From assembly GCA_965644295.1 (NCBI GenBank), contig CBFFRP010000409.1, forward strand, positions 1 through 64,000: a stretch of DNA of 64,000 nt, given 5' to 3'. Below the pieces are notes generated by a model. It ran no database searches. It had not been told where the DNA came from and saw only the letters and a list, made by a program, of their open reading frames with translations. The stretch comes from Paraphysomonas bandaiensis (lineage: Eukaryota > Protista > Chrysophyceae). This document shows, piece by piece, positions 1 to 9,900 of the stretch (position 1 is the stretch's first letter; each line of letters begins with the position of its first letter). The position numbers were made by a program, and so were the translations under genes.

Positions 1-769
1 ACACTAATGAAGAATCCAACTTATTATTTACATCTATTAAATCATGTTTGTCACTTTGTAAGTTTGTTATGTCTGTATCATTACTTATTATTTGAGTCTT
101 CAAACTAGAAATAATATTATCCATTGTGTTTAATTCTGTTGAGTCATAAACTAATCCAGAATCCAACTTGTTATTTACATCTATTAAATCGTGTTTGTCA
201 CTTTGTAAGTTTGTTATATCTGTGTCATTGCTTGTTATTTGAGCATTCAAACTAGAAATAATATTATCAATTGTATCAGTAAAAGTGGGGTCATAAACTA
301 ATCCAGAATCTAACTTATTATTCAGATCGATTATATCATGTTTAGAATTTATATTGTTCTGTAATGCTATATCTTGGGCTTGTAAATTAGGTATATTAAT
401 TAAGTCTATATCTTGAAGAGCATCAAGACCGTTAAAACTTGCTGTTAATGTATCTAATTGTGATTGTATAGTTTCATTGGTATTTATACCGTCTAATGTT
501 TGTATTTCATTTCCAGTGAGGTTTAATAATCTTGTGTTTATATCTAATAACATATTATTTTTTGAATCTGTGAAAGCAACTGTTTGGGGTTCATTGTTTA
601 TGGTTAAGTTATTACCATTCAAGATTTCAACATTCGCTGTAAATTTAGCATTGTCTAATCTTGCATATTCCGCCATATTTAATATTACTCTTGCTGTTTC
701 AATCTGTTTATGATTTTCTGCATTGAAAATGGCATTATTGCTTGTTTTGGGCTTTGTATAAATTGACAT
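1..769 (-). CDS. Virus-like repeat protein (fibre/coiled-coil-like), runs off the left edge
   Basis: Hand translation from ATG at 769 (MSIYTKPKTSNNAIF...) is open to position 1. Contains 147-bp/49-aa repeats (DNIISSL..QI.SNDTDITNLQSDKHDLIDVNNKLDSGLVYD). AT-rich, intronless, absent from the supplied ORF track. Confidence 0.75.
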   Translation of the reverse strand, partial: MSIYTKPKTSNNAIFNAENHKQIETARVILNMAEYARLDNAKFTANVEILNGNNLTINNEPQTVAFTDSKNNMLLDINTRLLNLTGNEIQTLDGINTNETIQSQLDTLTASFNGLDALQDIDLINIPNLQAQDIALQNNINSKHDIIDLNNKLDSGLVYDPTFTDTIDNIISSLNAQITSNDTDITNLQSDKHDLIDVNNKLDSGLVYDSTELNTMDNIISSLKTQIISNDTDITNLQSDKHDLIDVNNKLDSSLV

Positions 770-961
770 CTATATATATAATACAACAACATTATTATAT
801 TCTATAATTAAATTGAGGGTTTTTAAAAAAATTGGGGGTTTTATTTCTAAAATTAAGGTTTTTTATATAAATCAAGGTTTTTATATAAAAATTGGGATTT
901 TGTCGTTTTGTTTTAGCAAAATTGGGACTTTTCAAGATTATTTTATAGCAAAATGGGTGCT

Positions 962-1021
962 ATGAGGATTCCAAACCATTGTTGTAAAGGAATTCCCCCA
1001 AAAATGGTTTGGAACCCTCAT
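962..1021. repeat. Inverted repeat/hairpin
   Basis: atgaggattccaaaccatt (962-980) pairs with aatggtttggaaccctcat (1003-1021), 18/19. Confidence 0.8.
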
Positions 1022-1485
1022 GTGTGTTAATGTGGTCCAAGCCTAGCATTAACAGTATTTGAGTTCCATTTTTTTTTTCAGAAAAACGCCTTTTTTCAAT
1101 GTGGCGGCATAGGGAATCGAACCAGATTATTTCATCTGCCGCCACAGACTATTTCATCCGGAACGACTCCAAACGTCTTTCCTAATACGTGATGACATGA
1201 TTTAAATATATAAATGTAATATTTTTAGTCTGTATATTTTCTGTTGTTTGTTGTGTTGGTGTGTATGTTGTGTTGTTGTTGTGATGCTGTTGTGTTGTTT
1301 GTGTATGAGTATATATATACATATATATATATTCATTCATAATATTCATTGTCATTGTGTCTATATCATTGTGATATATAGCAAGCATGGAAATAAAGGA
1401 AATATGATGTCATTATAAGGCATTGTCTTTGTTTGGTTATATGTGTCGTATTCATTATATTCATTGTTGTTGTTATGTAGGGTTC

Positions 1486-1992
1486 TTATTCTCTTTCACA
1501 GGCATTTGTGAAGACTCCAAAGGCTTTATTTGCTCTCTTTATTCTTGCTTGTTTTGCTTCTTCGATTGTACCAAAACTTCCAATGTGGATTTTAATGCCG
1601 TCTAATTTTATTGATGCAATCCATTTCTTTTTTCTTTTGTCATAATGTACGCCTTTTACACCTGATGTATTTGCTTTGCTCAATTTTTGGTTATAATTAT
1701 TCTCTTTGTGCGTTGCCCATCTCAAATTATTAATATTGTTGTCTATTATGTTATTATTTATATGATCTACACATGATTTGTTATCGGGATTAGGTATAAA
1801 AGCCATTGCAACTAATCGATGAATCTCAACTGTTTTTTGCTTTTTATTCAGACGTAAGTTCAATCTGTAATAACCATGTCTGCCTAATCTAGGTTTTAAT
1901 ATCTTATCTGTATTATTGTTCTTTACATTTCCTTTATTTGATATACTATAATTATTGTTGTATCCATCAATCACTTTCCATTCTTCAGCCAT
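1486..1992 (-). CDS. NUMOD4 + HNH endonuclease + AP2-like DNA-binding domain protein
   Basis: EEWKVIDGY..YSISNKGNVK (NUMOD4); HRLVAMAF..VDHIN....DNNINNLRW.T..EN (HNH); NTSGVKGV....KKWIASI......HIGSF.T.EEA..AR (AP2/ERF-like). Confidence 0.92.
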   Translation of the reverse strand: MAEEWKVIDGYNNNYSISNKGNVKNNNTDKILKPRLGRHGYYRLNLRLNKKQKTVEIHRLVAMAFIPNPDNKSCVDHINNNIIDNNINNLRWATHKENNYNQKLSKANTSGVKGVHYDKRKKKWIASIKLDGIKIHIGSFGTIEEAKQARIKRANKAFGVFTNACERE

Positions 1993-2078
1993 TGTAATAT
2001 ATATATATGTATATAATAATTTCTTTTTAAACCATTTTATATATATTTAAATTAGAATTCAAGGTTTTATGAGTTTTT

Positions 2079-2178
2079 GCTTTAAGCATATTCGCCATTA
2101 TATCACTACAACTACATTCCAGAGCTTTAAGCATATTCGCCATTATATCACTACAACTACATTCCAGAGCTTAAAGCT
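2079..2178 (+). repeat. 45-bp tandem repeat, two full copies plus a partial
   Basis: gctttaagcatattcgccattatatcactacaactacattccaga at 2079 and 2124. Confidence 0.9.
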
Positions 2179-2505
2179 TTGTCATTATACATTATTATAA
2201 AAAAGTCATATAGATAACAAAGTAGATTTAATAAGTAGTTTTTATGGTAGAATCCCGGGGTTTTACAACCTTTACAAATTTAAATTATTTTTCATTTTAA
2301 TTTTTCCCTCCCCCTATATCTACTATTAAATCTACTTATTAAATCTACTTTACTATCTATATTACTTTTTATTATAAACATTATAAATAATATATAAAGT
2401 TATTAATTTTATTTAAGAATATAAATAATATATAAAGTAATTAAAAGTTATTAATAATATATAAAGTAATTAAAAATATATAAAGTTAAATTAGCAAAGA
2501 GAAGG

Positions 2506-2535
2506 AATTACAACTGCAAGCTTGCAGTTGTAATT
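2506..2535. repeat. Perfect 30-bp palindrome
   Basis: aattacaactgcaag|cttgcagttgtaatt. Confidence 0.95.
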
Positions 2536-2671
2536 GGAAACACTCGAAGAGAAGAGCCCCTTGAGGGGTTGGGGTAGAAAAAGGCTTGTCCTTGTCCCGC
2601 CTCCCTCGTTTTTTTGATAGCAATGTTCTTCACAAATTTCCATACTACATCCATATTTAACTACATCCAAT

Positions 2672-3021
2672 TGAGTGGGAGTGTTGAGTTCTGCAATATG
2701 ATGTGATATATATTGTGCGATTGAAGTGAGTTAAGAGTGTGTAATAGGTGAAGTCACCTCATAGGTGTAACGGGTGATCATAGTTACAAAGGAATTAAAT
2801 TCAATTACTGATGTGTGACTATACAAGATATACAACTGACTGATGAACATATGATAAACAGATGTTGCTGAGAACAGATGGTTCATCAGATGTTACACGA
2901 ATATGTAGTGAAGTGTTCAGAATAATAATAATATACTTGAAAGTGCATAGTGTTCAACATAGCAAGATTAAGGTTTACGTGTATAGCAAAGTTAACTTTA
3001 GTGAAATGCCCAATTCTAACA
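2672..3021 (+). mobile_element. Copia-type polypurine tract plus 3' LTR remnant (LTR 2682-3021)
   Basis: aattgagtgggag-TGTTGAGTT matches the PPT/LTR junction of the full Copia at 31.9 kb (aattgagagggag-TGTTGAGTT). It ends in ttctaaCA like that LTR. 340 bp, interior diverged. Confidence 0.7.
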
Positions 3022-3173
3022 GTGTATAGTGTATACAAGTTATGTTCTGTAGCTTAAAATTTTTTATTGTAAGATCCGTAAAAATGATACCAGCAGGAGG
3101 GGCTTCACATTTGTAATGATTGACCGCTTTTGCTTCTATTTGATTGGCCGCTTGCTATCATGCGGGTTTGGTT

Positions 3174-3282
3174 CAGTGCCTGGTAACCGTTAGTGGTAAT
3201 GGCATTAATGGCCATTAATGCGCCATTAATGGTAATGCCATTATAATTGCCGGGACATTTGTCATTAATGCCATTATAAATT
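3174..3282 (+). mobile_element. hAT-like MITE end with CCATTAATG subterminal repeats
   Basis: Starts CAGTGCCTGGTAACC, matching the terminus of the 15498-15544 mini-element; repeated ccattaatg/ggtaatg motifs. The other end was not found. Confidence 0.5.
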
Positions 3283-3645
3283 CTCAACAAAGTCGGACTC
3301 GCACCTTTTCGTGGTGTTCTGGGGAATAAGTACCGGAGAGATTCTCTCTGGGAAACTAACGTGAGCCGCAAACATAGTCAGCAGATATTCTTCTGTCCAC
3401 TCATAGCCGAATGCTTGTGTGGTACAAGGGACACCAATAAGTGTCACTTGTGTAGACGTCTTTGGGCCCTGACGAATAAACAGGCATCCTGGAATGACAT
3501 CTGGGACAGGGACCACCTGAAGGGTAACCGGGGTATTGGGCTGCCTGCTGAAGTCAAGCATCCGGGATGTTCACCTTAAGAACTCAGAGCGGAAGTGGTA
3601 GCACCTTGGTGCTTGCGGCGACGCACACGCAGCTTCCGTAGCGTT
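3283..3645 (+). mobile_element. Structured short interspersed element (SINE/SIDE-like), copy 1
   Basis: Homologous at both ends to 59198-59496; its 3' ~60 nt is shared with 46485-46543; multiple hairpins. Confidence 0.7.
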
Positions 3646-3997
3646 TTCTCACTTGCTACCCGGAGTATTATATAGCTACTTGAGTACGTAGTTTATTATC
3701 AATTAAATTACAATTAATTGCAATTCAATTAATTGGGACAGCAAGTAATAATTTCAATTATAATTAACTACAACCTGCATCCACTAATAGACAGGTATAT
3801 GTGTTCTGTCTGATTATATTTACATAATATTGATATTACGACTACATGATTGATGACTGAAGAGTTTCACACAAGACCCTCTTATTATCAAAAAATAATC
3901 TTACAACATGATGTCAAAACCATGGAAATTAGGGCACCACTATTTCAAAGAATATACAATTTATCAATAACAAATATAATTAGCAAATGTAATCTTA

Positions 3998-6900
3998 CTA
4001 CGATGTAAATGAATCCATACTAGGCATCATATCTATCAGTTGTTGTGCGGATAGCTCCTTCGAGGAGGCAAGTATTTGCGAATCAACTCTGTCCGACACC
4101 TCTTGCAACCTTCGCTTCACTGGATCAATTTCTTGACGTATACACTCGCTCAACATTCTCATCATTTCGTCTATTTCATCCCCTGACATCCTCTGTGGAT
4201 TTGATTCGGATTTCGTTAAAACCAATGTTGGCCTCCCCACACGAGCAGATTCTATTGGGGTAGAGCTTCCGCTTTCACACCCCTCTCTCGGAGACGGTGA
4301 TGGGTCTTTGAGAGTGTCTGTGATAAACCTCTCCTGAATGAGACTAATCTTCTCCGATAGAGTTTCACTTAATTGCTTGAAGTCCGCCCTGATATCAGGG
4401 CTGGTGCGTGTGGTATCAGGGTGGTCAACAGTGAGCGTTTCCTGCGCAACCTCCACGGTTTCGTTGGAGTCTTCTGTATCACCTTGAATACCGATCGGAA
4501 ACCAGCTTACATCGCCATTCTCCATGCACTTCCGGACGTGCATTTCCACACTGTTATCGTAGTCTCTGTGTTGTTGCCATATTAGCATAGCAAAGTAGAG
4601 ATAGTTCCACATGTTGTGGCTTTGATCTCTATGTTGCTTGAACGATACCGCAGACCCGCGCTTAATGAAGTCGTGAACATCAATGCCGCATATAAAGCAT
4701 CGGTTGGCTTCGTCAGCCTCTCGTTCAACTTTCAAGTTTCGCAATTTCCCAAAAGTATCGATAATAATACCGAAGAAGATGTTCAATAGAACAACTGTAA
4801 TCTATAATAACAGTCAGTAAAACAAATAAACATCAAATTATCAACTTACAATTAAATAAAAGAACATATCCATCACAAATCTGCTCGATGTGTTAGGCTT
4901 CATATATGCTATTCCCTCATTGGCCCTCACACCATACGTGATGGCAAGTTTGTAGGTCTTCCACAGAGTATCACCCTCCATGTTGTCGAGGTCAAATTCG
5001 TCCCTGTAAAAGGTGAAGACTATTCCCGCAAATACATTCACCATTATCAAGATAATAAAAATTGCAGTTGCCAGCTGTCTTGCCGGATAAACAACAGCAT
5101 ACATTATATCTCGACTTGTAGAGTCCATCACAACGAAATCAAGCAAAAGAATAGAAGTGAAAAGATAACTCTTCCACAAGCTCAAAATAGAGACACCAAG
5201 ATAGCATATGTACCAGAAAGGCATAGGATCAGTCAGGGCAAAAATAATGGCCCACAGTTTGCTTTGCCCATTATCTATAAACGACCAGTACAGAACGGGT
5301 ACTCGAACAACCAGGTACACACTAAGAGCACAGGCAGCAAGAATGAGTTGGATTATAACTAACGCAAACACCGCGTCATCGACGTCCTGCGGCAGAGCTG
5401 TACGGTTGCTGGAGTTTACATAAAAATGACTGACCAAGAGGATATTAATGATAAAGACGTTTAAAAGCATTACCCACGAGAGATTTCGCTTTAGGTTCCA
5501 GACCCGTGATATACCATAGCTCTTGAGATTTTGGTGATGTACAGCTTCGCGGTGAAGGTCTCTAGCGATCCGCATGAAATCTTTCAATTTCAGTTCTTGT
5601 GAGGATAGGTCCACTTCCTCGACGAGACGACGTTTACTACTCTCACTGATATCCTCCGCAATACTCGGCAAATGAAAATAATGTTTATGAACTTGTTGGT
5701 TCCAAATCACCTCAATACTCGCAACTTCCTGTTTGAGAGGAGTCTTAGCATTTGCTGGGATATCCGCGTCACTGCAATTAAGTGCTTTCAGAAATACTAA
5801 ATACTTCGCTTGGAGTGGAGTCAAGTCTGTAATTTCGGCAACATTGCCGAACTCATCTACATCAGACGGCATGATTAAAACATTCAGTACGTTTAGTTCC
5901 ATAGAAATTTGTACGCGCTCAAGGACGACAGAATTATGGGGTTGGCCTTCTACAGACGCCTGCAAAACATCAATTGAGTATTCTTTCAGCGTTTCAAGGT
6001 CAGCCTCCCACTGAGCAGAATAGTGCAACAAGGACTGAGATGAGCGCACAATTCTATTAAGAGCCGATAGTAGGTTGGTGTGCAGGACGAAGTGCTCTTG
6101 GTTTCCTTTGCATGGGCCCTGCATTAGCCCCAGCATTGTATGTAACACACGAATACCAATGCGGGCGCTCACCGGTGACTCGAGACGGCTCATCAGGTCC
6201 GCATAAGACCCGAGGTAGTCAAGCAAGTTCACCCAGCGACTGTTTCCATTCTGCTCGCGGATTAAATCCTTGTTTCTTAAAAATCCACCCTCGCATATGG
6301 AGTGTAGAGCTTTAAGTACAATAACAGTATCTGGCATCTCTATTCTCTCAGCGTCGTCGTTCTTATCGTTGTTGCTTTCAGCCTCGCGCTGGCACCACAA
6401 CATTTGCTGCTCAATTAAATCTTTTATATGTTCAAAAAATAAAGTCGAGTCAGTCTCACTGAGGTAATTGAATACGGTTTGCTGCACTTCGGGGTTACCA
6501 CCATTTTTTGCAAGAAGTGCAACAAGTAGCTTCAAAGCAGCAACACTAAGTTCAGCATCAATTCCAACAGCGATCAAATCAAGACACATGACTGTTATTC
6601 CATTTGCATTCATGATAGCTTGATACCTAGACTCAGGAATCGTAATAGAGCACGTAGGGTCGGCCAGAATTTCCACTTCCACGCCAATATCCTGGTATAT
6701 CAGCAGTGTCCATGTCTCTACTAGCCATAGAGCAGTACTGACAGCAGCTCTCTCAAGATTGACAGCACCCGAGGATCGCTGAATACGGTTCCGAATGTGA
6801 GAAGAGACTCGCATTAACAGTCCCTCTAACCTGACATCATATTCCACATTATCTTTCACACTAGGGAGTTGCTCGAAAATCTGCATCGCAGATGCATAGT

Positions 6901-9900
6901 ATACTTGCTTCTGTTCACTAATACTGCTCAAAAAAGTAAAATACTGCTTTCTGTAGAACGCCTCGTGAATTGCATCCGCGGCAACATTGACGCTCTTCTT
7001 CGCCTCAAATTTGCGAATTTTAGACGGGCTTAAAGGCACCGCCTCGGCCCCTCTTGTCTCACCACCAAAATTTTCATCATCCTCATCTGGCACTAAGTAA
7101 TCCAGAATCGCAATTGCGCCATCATATAAATTCGTCAATTTCGGTCCGAGCTTAGAACTGTGTGTGGATCGCATGGTCTTCACTGCATACATCAGTCTAG
7201 CAATCAGTTTCTGAATGTCTTCTTCAGTCCGTCGAGTGGGCTGGAAAGAAGTTTCGTTTTCAAATATAGTAGCGTCTCTAAATGCCATGAAGTCAAACGA
7301 CTCAAAAAACGATACGATCAACGTCAACAAGATCTGCATCCACTCAGCGTGTTGAAACCTCAATGCAGATTTTTCTTTGGTAAAGTAACTTGGGAGGGTA
7401 TCCCGCGCATCTTCAAAAAACTCTCCGCAAGAATCAAAAAATAGCCAAAGCGACTCTGATCCTTCAAGACCATCTACCCTTGTTTCAACAATCTCCATGA
7501 GCAATATTCCTAGACCCCTCTTCACATTGTAAAGAGTAGTGGGGTCGAGAATAGCAGATACGATATCTTCAATGGCAAAGACAGCTTGAAGTTTTTGTCC
7601 AAGCTTACATCCAGCAAGAAGGGTGAGAAGATTTATGTGGTACTGTAAATCACTGGGTAGATCTCGGTCCTCCAAAGGGTATTGTGAATCTACGAAAGCA
7701 CTCATTGCATCCCGACGCTCTCTATACCCAGGGCTATCCAAGCTATCACACCAGTCAATAAGGTACTGTGCTCTGTCACTATTCGTAACATATCGAGATA
7801 TTTCACTCCGTAGTGACATAATGCCACTATCGCCACTATCAGACACATCAGTCAATCCAATCAGCAGGTCCAAGTATTCTGGTTTGCGCCCGTTAGAAAT
7901 AATTTTCTGTATCATCGAAGAGACAAAGCTGCGTGGACATTGTTTTATAAGACTCCTGTTCCCAGACACTATTGCACGAACAACTTTCGAGCTGTACATT
8001 CCATCATCGATTCTATCAATGAACCAGTCAATGTGGTGAAAAGCTACATTTTGATTAGTTTCATTGTAATCGACGAAGAGAACGATAACATCATTACATG
8101 CACACACTATTTCCGATATCCTTGGGTCCATCTGTCCTATCGCACCATCGAGAAGTGCTCGTTGTAGAATCATGAAAACAGACATAGCATCCATGTTATA
8201 TAGGAGCTGCTGAATTTCCTCATCACTGGAGTGTGTTGAGTAACAATCAAATTTTTTCTGTTCCGGTTTCTTCTTTATGTAGTTCGCTATCTCCTTCAAT
8301 GTGTACAACAGACGCTGGGCAGCCTCGACGTCAGTGTCTGTATCAAAATCTCCCCAAAGTTCAAAGGATTCAGCACATATCTTTATATTTTTCAAATCCT
8401 CAACTAAATTCTTGTAAATATTTTCGAGCTTTGAAGAATAAATAATCTGAACTCTACGAGCCGTTGACAGGAAAATTCCTTCGTGACACACATGTACCAT
8501 CAACAGCCTCAAAGCCTCTTGAACAAGAACCGGTTCAGAGTACATGAGCACATCAACGAGAACATCGCCAAACTCGTGGGGAAACGTAGTTGACAGATTA
8601 TTTGCCAAGCAGAGCTGGTGATAAACTTCACGAGGATTACCTGCCTTATTTCTAATGGAGTCATCAAACCACAACGAGAACTTCTGAATTAACATTCCTA
8701 GCTTTCTATCCTGCAGTCGATCGTGAACAATAGACATGACTCGCATTATTCCAGTTATCGTTCGTGCTTCATACTCTGTCATTGCATTGTAGCGAGTTGG
8801 TAGTTCATACGGCTCGAATACTGTTGCCTTATGGGCAATTCTACGCAGCAAACGAGCGGCCCGAAATAAACGCGCCAGACGAAGAATACGCAATACACTA
8901 AGTATTTAAGGTTAAGGCAACCTTGCAGCAAGACAACAACTTACCGCAATGTCTTCGCAAACTTAGCAGCACTGAAACCCGCATGCACTGTAGCACTTCC
9001 GTAACAAAGCATAGCTACGTCTAATACAACCTATACGCAAGTGTAAGAACTAAAGCAATAGCCGTAACATACTTACAACAACCACATCCAGTAGCCTGTA
9101 CGGATTTGTCACGAAACTTGCTATCTCAGAATGTACGACAAAGTTGCAGTACATCCGAAATGCTAATTCAGAAATAAAAAATATTGACACCCCAAGATCA
9201 ACATTGGTAAGCAAGTAAGTGTATTTATTTCCAGAAAATACATTTGCCAGATCAAGAGCAGTCATAACTGTGGTACCAATTACGAGTAGCAAAATGAAAC
9301 ATATAAACCGAAAAGATTCCATCAGATTTAACGCTGTTTCTTGCCAATTAACCAGTGAACCGCCAACATTGGATTCGTAAGTCTCCATGCGACTCAAATT
9401 CCTTATATTTTTGCCACTTCGTGCTGAGCTGGACCGACTCAATCTGGTTGAGCGCTGTTTAATTGATAACGCCTTCCTGGATCTACTCGATTCTTCAGGA
9501 GCGACGCTGTTAAAGGCACTGGGTGCGGCGATACCAAACACTTTCTTTACAAACGACACATCGCGGTCCTTACTCTCGGGGACAACTTTATGATCTGAAT
9601 TACTCCAAAAATGCCCCAAAAAACTCTTATTACGAGGTGATACATCCATCGGTTTAGAGGCCGCAGTTGTAGTGGTGTCGCTCTGAAAGCTCTGTAGGCC
9701 TTGTCCCATAAAAAGCCTTCTGTTCGGCTTCCTGTGATCATCTAAAGCTTGGGTCAATGGGACAATAATATCTTCTAACTGAGAAACTTTATTATAAAAT
9801 CCAAATTTGATAAGTGCCAAAAGAAGGTCAATCATCTCGGCAGAAAGCTCATCACACTGGCTGGTATCAAGGTCATCGTTGATATAATCGGATATTATCT

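Larger units (their letters stand above)
1..2615. mobile_element. Right-hand part of a putative endogenous DNA virus (Polinton-like virus/virophage-type element)
   Basis: Much more AT-rich than the host genes, intronless ORFs preceded by (TA)n, phage-type HNH endonuclease, terminal repeats and palindromes. No capsid, ATPase or integrase gene is visible in the window; right boundary approximate. Confidence 0.55.

Noticed and set aside
808-957. Telomeric repeat
   Set aside because: Irregular spacing and no fixed TTAGGG/TTTAGGG unit.
1100-1146. tRNA gene
   Set aside because: No D or anticodon arm and the T-stem pairs poorly; kept only as a tRNA-like finding.
2079-2178. CRISPR-like array
   Set aside because: Units are identical with no unique spacers, there are no cas genes, and the context is eukaryotic.
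3280-3579. Open frame with Cys pairs and WDRD, reminiscent of a Fanzor/TnpB C-terminus
   Set aside because: No NAAxNI after DRD, no upstream RuvC motifs, and the second copy does not preserve the frame.
3589-3642. 3' module as a hammerhead, twister or pistol ribozyme
   Set aside because: Conserved catalytic core sequences not found on either strand.
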